Both the position numbers and the translations under genes were made by a program. The notes beneath the pieces were generated by a model, which ran no database searches, was not told where the DNA came from, and saw nothing but the letters and a program-made list of their open reading frames with translations. Shown here one piece after another: positions 1 through 12,471 of a stretch of 64,000 bases of DNA. Source of the DNA: Saprolegnia diclina VS20 (taxonomy: Eukaryota); contig NW_008246070.1 of the NCBI RefSeq assembly GCF_000281045.1, forward strand, positions 1,162,193 through 1,226,192. Reading direction: 5' to 3'. How positions within the stretch are numbered: position 1 is the first letter of the stretch; each line of letters starts with the position of its first letter.

Positions 1-2501
1 CGAGCGCTACCCGCTGACGTTGCAGGATGTGCTTTGCGAGTGCAACCCGATCAAGCTCCGGTTCCTCGAGCAGTGGCTGCGCACGTTCCACCCGAATGGC
101 GTGAGCAACCTCCTCTTCTGGGTCGACGTGCAAACAACGTTCGTACCGCTCGTGTCGCCGTCCATGACGTTCTCGCTGAGCCTTTTCGAGGAGATCCAAG
201 TGACGGTCCGCCGCCTCTTCAACGTCTACTTGGCCGAAAACAACCACTCGATCGTCTCGGACGAGACGAAGAAGGACGTGCTCTCACGCATCCTCATGTA
301 CCAAGGCGAGCCATTCTCGCCCCAGCGCTACGTGAGTCTCTTCAAGGGAGCGCAAGACCAAGTGCTCAAGTGGCTCAGCGCCAAGATTTTCCCCAATTTT
401 CAAAATTCTCTCCACTGCATCCAGCTCCTCGTCGAGCTCGCGTGGCTCGACGACGACCTTCTTGGCCGAAAAGCATATGCGCCCAAGCGCGACCCCAAGC
501 ACCTCGTGCTACTGCCGCTCTCGCCGGCTCTTGACGAGCATTCGTCTGCGCTGCCCAAAGGCTTTTGCATCGAGAGCTCACTGCCCGCGTCCGCATACAA
601 CGTGGTCTGCGCGACCGATGCGCTCCTCGACCTCCACGTGATTGTGTTTGGCATCGGCGTTGCGCCCGCCAAGACGACCAGCACGACGTTCTATGCGACC
701 GTGAATGACACGGCGTTCCAGTACGAGTTCCATCTGTGCTGCGGCGCCGACGACGTGCACGACGACATCAAGGTACTCACATCTGTCTGAGAGACGCTTA
801 AGTGGTGGTGGCAGCAATTCTGCCTCGTGCGGGACCGCCTTCCGGTCGTCTTGCGACCGCGTCGCAGCAGCCCCGAAGCGCCCCGTGTCCACGCCTTTGC
901 GTGTCCGACGCTGACGGGCATCCGGTACGGACTTTGCTTGACGACATGGCGCGTCAACAACGAGATCGATCCCGACCAGCTCGTCTTCCTCCCCATCTTC
1001 ACGTGTGTGCTCACGTCGACGTCGTTCTGGCACCTCGCACCGTTTCTTCAAGCGTCCTTGCCGTCCATTCCGCACGTACGATACATCATCCCGAGCAAAG
1101 GGATACAACCTAGTGGTCGCAGGACACGAAGGATGCCTCCGTGTGGGTCAAAGCCGTCGAAGACGCCCATCGGCAGTACCACGAAGCTCAGCAGCGCCAG
1201 CGCGAGATCGTCTTACAGCCACTGTATCGCGCGTTTACGCTCAGTATGCAGCTGCCGCCCGCCCAAGCGGCCGACGACGTCCCGAGCGCCCTCTTCCGCG
1301 ACCTCAACGTCCAGGTCCGCTGTTTCTATGTCTATAGACTCGAGCTGTTGTAGAACATTGTGCTGGCATTGACTGCGCTCCTCGTCGAGCACCGGGTGAT
1401 TCTAATCGCGCGCCAACGCGACACGCTCTTCACCGGCGCCGAGTCGCTTCTCCGGCTCTTTGCCCCCTTCCGCTTCAAAGTCGGACCCACTGTATTCTCT
1501 AGCCACCCATCGATCTTTTGTAGCATACGTACTTGCCCTTCTGCCCGACCAACGTCGCCGCGCAGCTCAAGCACGAAGGGCCCCTCTTGATCGGCCTCGA
1601 GGCGTCGATCCACCTTCGCCGCGCTGAGAACCACACGCACCGCATTCGTAACTCTCGTTCAAGGTTCGAGTGCCCCGTCCACCTGGCGACTAGGTAGCAG
1701 CTTGAGCAACCTCCAGCGTGCCAACATCGTTCTCAAGACACCGGACGAGTCCTTTACGTACCCGAGCGAGCTCTACGCAGCGCGGACCGTCCTTGTCGAC
1801 CTTGACCACGACGAAGTATACACACCGTTCAAACAAGACTTGCCCGAGCTGCCTCGTATGTACCAGAAGTGGTTTTACGGTCCTATGGCTTACATGACGC
1901 TAGTGGCCAAAGTGCGCAGCCTCGAACTCGCTTTGCGCGCCGTGCAGCACCCGCAACTCGCCCACGCCGACACGTATCTCTTTGCACCAGCCCCCAGTGT
2001 CGGTGCGGCCGTCGCCGACGTCGTGTCGTCTTCGTCGCTCTCGGATGTCAAGACGTCTGACGCGCTCTGCGTCTGCTTTCTCGGCTTTCTCACGAGTCTC
2101 TTTGGGTCGGTCCCGCAGCACTTGGCGACAATTCCCAATCAAATCGACCTCGGGACGCACGAGCCTGCGCTGCAGCACGTGCGGCACCATCCAACGCTGC
2201 CCGACGCGCCGTTCTACGACCAGTTTCTCGCGTTTGACGCGGAAGGCTTCCTGGATGCGTACATCTCTTGCTTGCCACTGGCATCGACTCGCTTTGGGCT
2301 GTCGTAGGCACATGGAAATGGGCTGCCGCGATTTCTTCCGCCAGGTGTTTGCGACCGAGGTACCGCCACCACGTTTGAGATGACGCGAGCGACATTGGGA
2401 CGTAGGCCTTTCACGATCTCTTGCGTCGGCAGCGCCAGCGCTTTGTCCCAGCGCAAGTATCGCCGAGTGCGGACGAAGACCCCAAGGTCGAGGCCAACTA
2501 A
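1..2501 (+). CDS. RGS-domain + DENN-domain protein, multi-exon, 5' end outside window
   Basis: N-terminal 'LRFLEQWLRTFHPNGVSNLLFWVDVQ...NVYL...AQDQVLKWLSAKIFPNFQNS' fits an RGS helical domain. Later exons give DENN motifs 'QFCL...GIRYGLCLT', 'LTALLVEHRVILIARQRDTL...AESLLRLFAPFRF', 'VLVDLD', 'FLGFLTSLFG', 'FDAEGFL'. Short GT-AG introns; putative stop TAA 2499-2501. Confidence 0.75.
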
Positions 2502-2604
2502 GGCATCTCTACGCGTATGTACACCGCACGAGCTGTCGGCAGACAAGACTAGGCGACTGTAACCCTACCCCGCAATGTACGAAACCAATATACTCGTATC
2601 CACT

Positions 2605-5600
2605 TTACTCCAACGCGATCGTGCGCCGGGCGAGTAGAAGGCACATGGGCTCGATCGCGACCCACGCAAAGCTGAGGTACGACGGCTTGCCGTGCGGCCA
2701 GCGGTACGAGTACGCGCGGAAGTACCACGCCGAGGCCTTTTGCAGCACAGGCACCGCATCACGCGGCACGTCGGCCGCAAAGTCGGCCCAAAATGTGGCG
2801 GCAAATCCATCGAGCACGTGGTTGACCGCCAGCGTAAGGCGCTCGGCCACGTCCGCCGACCGCTTCCGACGTGCGTAGCCCGTCACGAGCTCCATCTCCG
2901 AGTCGACATCAAAGCGCGTCGCAATGTCGTGAAATGCGACCGAGAAATCGATAAAGTTGGCCTGCGCGTCGTCGAGGTAGCGCTCGTAGCCCGGCGCAAG
3001 GAACCGCGCGTCGATGGAAAAGTCGCGGTACGGCGGCGGCTGGGGCCGGACACCACAGGTTGCCTGGTACAGCAGGCCGAGCACGGACGTCGAGCGGTAC
3101 GATGGCTTGTCGGCTTTCTCGAGAAAGTCGGGGTACGCATCCAGCGGCGGGTGCGGCGGGATGCACGCCGGCTCGCCCGTTTTCGCATAGTCGACGGCGA
3201 TCGCGTGGGCGGTGGCCATCTCGATCGCGATTGCATCGGCCGCCCCGTCGACGCTTCTGTCGCAGAGCACCATGTGCAGATTGGCAATCGTACCGAGGTT
3301 GTCGTTGCGCAGGTACTCGAGGTAAAAGGCTCCGACGACCTACGACGCGCTCTCAGAAACACTTCTACCTCGGGATGCACTACCTCCATCGACGGTGTCG
3401 TGATGCGTGGTGGCAAGGGTGACGGTGGCTTCGTCATCGGTGCAAACTCCGTCGGTGGCACGAGCTTTTGGTTCCAAATACAAAAGTAAATGTCGCCGTC
3501 GAGGTCGCCGCCTGCCATCGTGTCAGGCGTTGGCCGATCGCCGTGCGCCGAGAAGACGACGACGTCGTGCAGGTGGCTCAGCGCGGGGACGTGCACGTAC
3601 GTGAGCCGGCGAATGTCGCCCGGGTGCAGACACGGACACCGCCCGACCGCGAGCGTCGCATGCGGCGGCGGCTGCTTCCCGCTTGTTTGGAAAAAGACGC
3701 AGTCGGGCGGCAAGGTGCCCGTCTCGTCGAGGACGCCCATGAGCATGACGCCGCACTCGACGTAAATGCGCGCTTTGGTCTGCACGTCGAGAAGCCGGCG
3801 GCGACGAATCGCGTCGACGTACTCAAACACATGGCGATCTTCGAGCGTGGCGCCGGCTGCCAGCAGCGTCGCCGCGAGGCTATGCGGATCATGGCGGAAG
3901 ACGAAGGCCCGCGCTTCGTCGGTCGAGTTGAGGCACGTGTCGAGCGCTTGCAGCATCGTGTTGGTCAGCTGCAAAAACACCTCGTCAGGCACACCACGCG
4001 ACGAGAGCACGTTGATGAGCTGCCGGTTCAAGTAGCAAGGCGACGCAAACGCCGGCCGACAAATCTCGAGGTCGTCCAAGTCGGTCTCAAACTTGCGCAT
4101 GCTCGGGCGGAGACCGAGCGCCGCCTCCTTGAGCTGCGGGTCCACTGCCACGACGCCCTTGTAGCCGCCGTACCGGATCTGGAAAGCCGACGGCTTATAC
4201 CCGCAGCCGAGTTTGTCGGCGACGACCTTGTGCGGCCAGTGGAGTGCGTCGGCCACTACGTTTGCGAGCGCCGGCGAAATCGTGCCGACGCCGTCCGAGA
4301 AGCAAAAACCTTTGCGATTCACGTCCGCCAGCTCGACGCACTGCGACCGTGGCACACGCAGCGCGACGGTCGTGCCCGAGAACGCTTGTCCGAGGCGCGC
4401 ACCCCGCTTCCCGGCGGTTGGCATCGCGCCAAAGTCGCCGAGGCACGTGTAGATCTCGGCCAACGTCGGCGCGTCGTCGGAAAACGAGGTCGGAACGCGG
4501 TAGAACCAGCAGCTGTGGCTGCGGAGCTGCGCGCTCGAGTACCCGAGGAAGACCACGTGCTCGCCGGCAATGAAAAACCCATTCGAAATGCACTGCTTGA
4601 TGCGGCCAAAGATGCTCGGGGCGGTTTTGACGCTATGGACGGACGCGAAATCTTCGTCGACAAACGTGACGCGCACGAACCGATCGACGGCGTGCGGGTA
4701 GAGGCGCAAGACGCGGTTCGAGACGTCGACGTCGGGCGCGTCGACGAGGATGCGCAGTGGCGTGATGCGCACCCGCTGGACGCGCACGTAGCCGGGTGGA
4801 TCTGCAAACGGCGCCTCCGGTGGGTGCGCAAGAGACTCAAGGAGCTTGTGCCACGTCAGCGACCGGCGCGATTTCCACTGCACGAGCCGCAGAAGCGCGT
4901 CGGCCGAGATATCCGACGCGTGCATCGCGGCCACGAGCTTCTGGACTTGGCGGGCATGGGTGAACACGATTGCGTGGTGGCTCACGAGCACATGCAGCGC
5001 GTACCGCCGCGCGTACGAGAGGCCTGCAAACATGTGGTCGTAGCCGCCGCTCCAGTCCGAGTCGGGCCGTGCATACCCTTCGAGCGCGGGTGTGAGGCGT
5101 CGCTGCTGCCCCGATGCGAGGAGAACGCGCTCGAGGCCGAGACGTTGGAGGAGCGCGTGCATTTCTTCGGGAAACACCTCTCGCAGCGTGACTTGGTAGT
5201 TGCGGTAAGCGCCAAACGCCTTGCTTGGACTCGGGTCGACGCAGCGCGTCCATTCGACGATGGGTGTGGCCGACGACGGCCATTGCGTTCTCTCGCGCTG
5301 GCGCTGCTCGAGGAACGACGTGGCGGCCACGGCGCGTGGGGGCGCCGATTCGTACATGAGCGGCGGCTGGTGCAACTCGAACCAGACGACGCAAAACCCG
5401 CGGTCGTCCGAGCCGACGCTGACGGCCGCAACGTCGAGAGAGGAAAACGCTGCGCGGTACGTGGTCTGGAACTCGATGGCGAACGCAACCTTGGGGTGGA
5501 CCGTGCACACGAGCGTGACGGCTTGTGCAGCACTGAAGCGCGGCGGCACCGTGTCGAAGCAGTCCCGCGACGGCACGACGTGCAAGCTCACGCCGTCAAA

Positions 5601-6002
5601 GCGCTGCGAGAGCTCGCCGCTCACGGTGCGTGACGTCTTGTAGTCGCGCACCTTCAAGGTGCGGCCCTGACATGGCGTCTTGTGGAGTTGAAGTAGCTGG
5701 TCGTGGGCTGCTCGCGATCTGACCGACACGATCGCCGTGGTGTTGAACGGCGAGGCGCGATACGGTGTCGTGATGATACACTGCTTGATGTCGGTGACGC
5801 CGGCGCGCTTGCAGAGCTCGACCACATCGTACGCCGACATTTTGAACGGGATGTGCTGGAGCGCCGCCGCAAAGGTCTGCGGTGGCATCGAGTCGGCGTC
5901 CACGATGTACTCCTTCGCTGCTTTAGCCATCTCGTCGCGCGTCGCCTTGGCCTCTCGGGCCACTTCGAGCGCCTCGAGAAAGTCAACGAGCTTGGGGCTC
6001 AT
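2605..6002 (-). CDS. RDR: Eukaryotic cellular RNA-dependent RNA polymerase (RNAi RDR family) with N-terminal RRM-like domain
   Basis: Motifs 'SNRVLR', 'FLGYSSAQLR', 'ARLGQAFS', 'FSDGVGTIS', 'PSAFQIRYGGYKG', 'GVLDETG', 'PCLHPGD' and catalytic 'GGDLDGDIY'. Intron ~3340-3383 joins ORF 2883-6479 to ORF 2605-3273 (...SME/VVGAFYLEYLRNDNLGTIAN...). Probable start ATG at 6002. Confidence 0.95.
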
Positions 6003-6575
6003 CGGACTCACCTGCAACACGGCAATTGCAAAACTGAGGGATTGCCACGAAATCCAACGAGACAGCCAATCAAATGGGGGATGGGCGTATATGTACCTAT
6101 GATTGGTCAAAATGCTGGAAGGAGATTTGCCAGTTGAACGGGGGCCCACTGCAGCACTGCAACACTGCAACACGACGTAAAGAAGGTGTCGAGGCGATAG
6201 ATCAAAGCCTTCCTCCTGCTGCTTGAGGTCGAGGCCATTGAATTCTCCATGTATCTTTAACTGCCATCGTAGCAACGCCTCGGAGCTGCGCAAAATGGCT
6301 CGGCAAAGCATGTTGCAGGTAGAGTTTGCGTGGACGCAGTGGGGTATAACACCCGACCAGCATGGATGTGCTATGGCACGTCCCTCGTGACCGTCCTCCG
6401 AAGCCTGCAGAGCTCCTGTCTGCGTGGGCGTGGAGATACCGCAGCTCGATGCATGCTGCGATTGCAAGTCCGGAATCATCCGGATGAAAGTTGCGCGCCA
6501 TTTTTATCCGGACTGCCGGATAAAAAGATCCGCTTCTGGCATTCGCCATTTGCCGAGCCCAAGCACACTAGGACC

Positions 6576-9500
6576 ATGGACGGCCCCAAGCGCTTCCGCG
6601 GGACGACGGGCCAGCGGCAAGTCGCGTCCGAGACGCCGGTGATGGGGACGCGAGGGAAGACCCCGCGCGCAACGACGGCCAACGCCCGACGGAGCCACTG
6701 CATCACGGTGATCGCAGAGGGCCGGAACCGCGAGGTCGCGCTCTGCTGCCTCGACCTCCACATGCCCCATGAGATGCTCGTCTCGAGCATGGTCGACTCG
6801 AGGAGCTTCGTGGAGACGATCTCGCTTCTTGAGAGCTACCAGGTCCGAGCACCTCCCTCGACGAGTCCACATACATGACATAGCCCGTGGAAATCCTCAT
6901 GGTGGACGCGGGGACTCCGCGACAACTGCATCTCGAGGTGAAGAAGCGCTTCAAGAACTCGACGACACGCATCGTTGCGATTGTGCGCAAGTACTACGAG
7001 TAAGGATACCAACTGAGACTGCATCTCTTCACGTTACCTCGGTAGTCAGTCAAAAGGGGCAGAAGACCTCAAGCGCGTTGCCGTCAACTCGTTCGACACG
7101 AGCCTCCTCAAGGTACAATGACTGTTGAAAAATGCACGATTGCATTCATTCTTGGGTAGAACCACGTCGTCATGGGTGCGGTGGCGTGCTTGATGAAGTA
7201 CATCGAGTTCATCCAAGGCGTCTATATCGCACAAAAGACCATCAAGGTTGCAAGCCTCGAATCGTATGTGTACCATGAGTTGAAGTAGGTTGTGCTGACA
7301 ATGGCAAGCCCCGTGCTCCTAATGGACTATGCAACGATCGCGGCTTTGGAAATCACACGCGGAGCGCGCAATGGCTTGATCCAGCACGTAAGAGTTCCAT
7401 TGTACCGCAGTTGCGTGATGACACGGGCAGTCGCTGGTCGCCAAGATTGACAATACGCGCACGACCATCGGGCGACGCTTGCTGCGCCAAACGGTATTTT
7501 TCAATGCTTTGTGACGCATCACCAAGGTGTGCTGACGTAGATCTTGCGTCCAAGCTGCGCGCTCGAGACCATGTACTCTGCTTCGAAAGGGCGATCGACT
7601 GTGATTAAACCTGTTGCTCTGTAGTCAAGCGCGCCAAGACGTCGTTGGTGTATTCCTCAACAACCCGTCGCTCTTCTTTGACGTTTTGGAAATCCTACCT
7701 GACTTTGCCGACCTTGACAAAATGCTGGTCCCATTCCTCTCTGACATGCAGGAAATGCATTTACAGTGCCTTGTAGTCGCAGCTGGTGATGGTGCCAAAA
7801 GTGATTACGGCTCGAACATCCCAGCAAGGCGTCATCAATGTCGTCGCTCTCAAGAGCACGCTGGAGCTGTTACCCCAGCTCCACGAGTGCCTCTCGAATG
7901 CTACGAGCTACATGGACGAGCCAGTCGAGCTTCTCGAGAGCATTATTACCAGGTGAAAATCTTGGGGTATGTAAAAAGGTTCATTGTACGCCGATTAGCC
8001 TTCGTTGCGATGAGTTCATCGTGATCCAAGAAAGCATCGACCGCGTGATCGACCCCAAGTAGGAAGGACATGATCGCGCCAGTCTCTTACACATCAGTCT
8101 AGCTCGCAATGGAACCGATCCGTGCGGCACATGAAGATCAGTGGCAGTCTTGCCGTCAAAGCGGGCATCGATGGCAAACTCGACGTCGCTCGGGCAACAT
8201 ACCTCAGCACGATCGACAGCATCAACGAACGCGTGGAGGAGTATCAAGATCAGTTTGGCATTGCCATCAAGCTTCACTTCAGGTACCATGTTATCGCCAT
8301 ATGAATATGCGTTTAGGACGCTCTACATAGCGTCGGTCGGGGTTACCACCTGCTCATTCCCAACGGTGGCGCTCGCGACATTCCCCAGATCTTTGAGCAG
8401 CGGGTCAAATTCAGCAAATGTACGACCCTGCTACGCCAACGTTTCTGGCTTTGATGACTGATGTAGCCTTGGCGTGCACGACGAAAGACATCAGCTCGCT
8501 CAACTCTCGCACGAAGGAGTGCATGAACGACATCTACCAACTGTCTTACGGTGTCATCAACGCACTTATGGACGAGATCCGGCCTTTTGTGTGCCATTTG
8601 TACGCAATGGTTGAAAGCGTCGCCCTGCTTGACATGCTGCTCAGGTATATACGTACCCTTCATCCATCATCTCACATCATGTTAGCTTTACCAATCTCGT
8701 CGCCCTCTCGCCAGTTGACCAGCCATGTACGTGATGCATACCAAGTTTAGTTGGTAAAATATTAGGTCTGCTATCTAGACTGCCGCCCGCAAATGTGCCC
8801 GGGTGGCAATTTTGTCATCAAGAAGGGACGCCATCCGCTCATTGAGCAAGTCGTCCAGGATCGCCCATTTGTCCCCAACGACGTCGTACGTGAGCCACAC
8901 GTTTTGTGGTTGTACAATGCTTCCTTTAGTTTCTCGATCCTGTGACCAACTTTAACGGTGCGTATCAACGGCCAATCCACACTCCTATAATCGGCTTATG
9001 GTTAGTCATTACGGGGCCAAACTGCTCTGGCAAGTCGACGTATCTCAAAACGACAGCCATCATCACGCTTCTGGCTCACATGGGCTGCTACGTGCCTGCG
9101 ACGGAGGCTCGCATCCCGCTTCGGACACGCATCTTCACGCGCTTTGGAACCTCGGATGACATGGAGGAAAACGCTAGCACGTTCACTGTCGAGATGCTGG
9201 AGCTGGCCTTCATCTTGGACAACCTTACGGCGCGGTCCTTGATCCTCATTGACGAGCTTGGCCGTGGTACCTCGAACGATGAAGGACTCGCCATCGCCTG
9301 GAGCGCATGCGAGACGCTGATGCAAACCAAAGCGTACACGTGCTTTGCGACCCACTTCCACGGCCTGCGCGAGCTCTCGACGATGTATGCCAACTGCCGC
9401 AACTTCCATTTACAAGCCACCAATACCTCGACGGTACCCGGGTGCAACCGATGTTGGTTCGAAAGTGCGCTCATAGAATCTGCTCGACTTCAAGTACAAG

Positions 9501-9832
9501 CTGAGCGATGGTCCGTCGGATCGCAGCCATGGCTATGGCATCCAAATGGCCAAGATTTGCGGGATCCCGGCCTCAACCGTGCGTGATGCCGAGGCTCTTC
9601 AAGAAACCATGCTTTCGACCCAAGACGTGGACATGAACCTCGTCGTCAATCATCGCAACAAGAACCTCAACAACAAGTTGCTCCATCGCCTCATGGCGCT
9701 CCGTGATTCCAAGTTGGACGACGGCGGTTCACCTCCATATCTTGTAAACGGCTTGCATGTCGAGCTTACATTGTTATCGTAGCGTTGCGCCGCCGACTGC
9801 AGCACCTGCGCGAGCAATTCATCGACGACTAG
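6576..9832 (+). CDS. MSH4: MutS homolog, MSH4-type (meiotic), many short exons
   Basis: Walker A 'GPNCSGKSTYLK', 'RIFTRFGTSDDMEENASTFTVEM', 'LILIDELGRGTS', 'FATHF', 'KKGRHPL'. N-terminus 'EGRNREVALCCLDL' and no mismatch-binding domain I. DELGRGT rather than the MSH5-type DEFGKGT. Confidence 0.85.
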
Positions 9833-10721
9833 CCTACATCACTGAATCCTGCCGTCAATATATACGACTCTGCACGTCGATACCCCATGTGTGCCATCAC
9901 TGCAGCTGCACAAGAAAAAACCGGGCGTTGTGGCTTCTTTCCCTTCAACGCACCCGAGTACGTTGTCACCTGCCTTCGCTTTCGGAAACGTGGATGCGAA
10001 GAGGCAGACAGCCCGTGGGCTTTCGAAGCGTCCGCTTCACCTGTCTTTATCGCCGAGTGCTGAAGCTACGCCAAGTCGAAAGTCGCGTGTCCAGCCTAAC
10101 GGGGTGTTTACTACTACACCATGCAACCCGAAGGCGTCTTGCTCATCGCAGACGGCGCGGAGCTTTTGTAGCCACAGGTTCCAGCGCCGTCCCAGAAGGG
10201 GACTTGAAGCTGGGGTCGCGGGTCCTCTTCCTCCAAACATGGCTCAAGTAGGTGCGATGGCCAGGCCCGATGCTTGATAGGCTTAAAACACGCGCTCTAA
10301 GTCGTACCGTTAGGTCGCGTGGCTGCAGCACCGACACAAGGGCGTGAGCCAGCGCGTGCATTCAAAGGCTGCATCAGCGACCCTTCTTTAGCAGCATACA
10401 AATCCACGTACGCGGGTTCAACGTCACTGGCACCGGAAAAATGGGTATCACCAGCACCGCCTTTCTATATCAACGCATGCGAGGACCTCCTCGGGAGATG
10501 TCGGACAGTACCCAACGAATCAACGTGGCTGGGTTTGTCGCGGCCAGGTTTCTGCGTCGGCCCACGCTGGCCGCATCTGCGCGCGCATGCTGGCCCACTC
10601 TGGGCGTGGAATAAAAACGGTTGGGTGTTTTTAACCTCGGCGCGTTGGCCGGACTTTGCCGAGTCGGTGAAGGTGGCGACTGGAGCCCATTTTCGCAGTT
10701 GCGCCAAGTCACAGAAGGACG

Positions 10722-12176
10722 ATGGAAGCGCCGCTTACCAAGGGCGCGAGCTGCCAGACGCTCAACCCGCTCGATGCGTCGGCCATGGGCGTCAAGACGT
10801 ACGGCCCCGTTGTCGCCGTCGCCATGACGCTCAACTACATGATCGGCACGGGCTGCTTTGGCCTCCCGTACGCGTTCTCGGTGGCGGGCATCGGTCTCAC
10901 GTCCATCTTCCTCATCCTCGGCTTCATCGCCGCGCTCATCACGATGAACTACACGATCGAAGCCATGGCGCGCGCCGAAGGCGTCATGTCCACGGGCAAG
11001 GACGCCCAGCCCGAGAACCGCCTCACGTACCGCAAGATTGACTTTTCCGTGATTGGCGAAATCTTTGCGGGTCGCACAGGCTATGCGATCGTGCAGACGG
11101 TCCTCGTCCTCTATTGCCTCGGGTCGCTCTGGTCGTACGCGAGCATCTTTGCGTCGTCGATGGCGTCCATCTTCCACACGTTCGTCGTCGGCGACTTTTG
11201 CGACGCGTACGCGGCCAACGCGTCGGGCGGCTGCCTCGAGGCCTACTACGGCTTCATGGCGGTCTTCTCCGTCATCTCGATCGTTCTTGTGCTCATGGAC
11301 CTCGGCGACCAAGCGACGATCCAAAAGTTCCTCTCGGCCTACCGCATCCTCGCGTTCGCGCTCATGCTCGTGACGATCACAGTCAAGCTCGGCGTCGACG
11401 GCGCGGACGCCATCACCACGCGCCTTGCCTCGCGGCAGCACTGGGCGTTCAACTTGCACAACTTTAGCGCCGGCTTTGGACCGACCTTGCTCGCGCTCAA
11501 CTGCCAGTACAACATGCCGGATGCGCTTCAGCCGCTCGAGCAGTCGGCCAAGGGCAAGTCGCGCGCGATCACGTTTATCGCGATGACGGTATCGGCGATC
11601 TGCTACTTCCTCCTCGGCCTGCTTGGCGCGCTTGCGTTCGATGATGTCAACCCGCTCGCAAGCCTCATGTGGAGCGACTACACGGGCTGCGGCAACGGCT
11701 GGTCCAAGTGCCCGTCTGGCAACCCGACGTGGTTTGGCTGGTGCGTGCACATTGTGATCCTCATGTTCCCGGTGGTGAACGTCACGTCGACGTTCCCGAT
11801 GGTCGGCCTCACGGTCGGCGGCAACATCCTCACGTCGCTCCCCAAGTCGATCACGGCGCCGCTCGGCCCGTCCGGCGCGCGCAACCTCTCGCGCCTTATC
11901 GCGGCCATCCCGCCGCTCGTGCTCGCGACGCTCTTCAAGAAGCTCGACGCCATCTTTACGTTCGCGGGTTTCTTTGGCTTCGCGCTCGGTCTCATCATCC
12001 CCGCGTGGTTCCAAGTCATTGGCACCAAGTTCTTCCGCCGCGTCTATGGCAACCTCGAGGCTGCTGCGACGCCGTTCGACCTCCCGATCGTCAGCTCCCT
12101 CGAGTTCTCGACGGTCTTCCTCGGCCTTACGTTCATCGTCACGTTCATCGCGCTCTTCTCGCTCGTCGGCTTTTAA
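10722..12176 (+). CDS. Amino acid transporter (AAAP/Aa_trans, TMEM104-like)
   Basis: Intronless 484-aa ORF with ~11 hydrophobic segments and the AAAP TM1 motif 'NYMIGTGCFGLPYAF'. Confidence 0.9.
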   Translation: MEAPLTKGASCQTLNPLDASAMGVKTYGPVVAVAMTLNYMIGTGCFGLPYAFSVAGIGLTSIFLILGFIAALITMNYTIEAMARAEGVMSTGKDAQPENRLTYRKIDFSVIGEIFAGRTGYAIVQTVLVLYCLGSLWSYASIFASSMASIFHTFVVGDFCDAYAANASGGCLEAYYGFMAVFSVISIVLVLMDLGDQATIQKFLSAYRILAFALMLVTITVKLGVDGADAITTRLASRQHWAFNLHNFSAGFGPTLLALNCQYNMPDALQPLEQSAKGKSRAITFIAMTVSAICYFLLGLLGALAFDDVNPLASLMWSDYTGCGNGWSKCPSGNPTWFGWCVHIVILMFPVVNVTSTFPMVGLTVGGNILTSLPKSITAPLGPSGARNLSRLIAAIPPLVLATLFKKLDAIFTFAGFFGFALGLIIPAWFQVIGTKFFRRVYGNLEAAATPFDLPIVSSLEFSTVFLGLTFIVTFIALFSLVGF

Positions 12177-12471
12177 TCAACTTAATGCTACGATCCATAG
12201 CATTCACAGAGTCTCTCGTGCGAAGCAGTCTTAGCATCCGACGGCAACGCGGACCTTGCCGTGCAGGTGGCCAACGAGGTATCGAGTTCCCGAACCGCTG
12301 GACGTCGGCACCACCAACGCATGTGACTCGTCCGAAGACTTGGCGCGTTCAGAGAAACGATGCTGTCGACGCAAGCAAGGGTCTCAACGGTTGATCAACC
12401 CTGAAGGAGTCGGGGGCATTCAAAGAGCGTCGCGACCAAGAGGATACGACGAGACTGCTGAAGAAGACGTG

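Noticed and set aside
3468..5633. Long antisense/alternative-frame ORFs (3468-5633, 10470-12014, 27896-29452, 37040-38701, 48733-50322, 56300-57616)
   Set aside because: They shadow real genes on the other strand. Strong GC3 bias removes antisense stops, and they carry no motifs.
2605..6002. RdRP as an endogenous viral element
   Set aside because: It has the DxDGD double-psi-barrel cellular RDR signature and spliceosomal introns, not a viral GDD palm motif.
6003..6479. N-terminal extension of the RdRP given by the ORF track
   Set aside because: Lower GC, promoter-like sequence containing CCAAT boxes. The ATG at 6002 is more plausible, though unproven.
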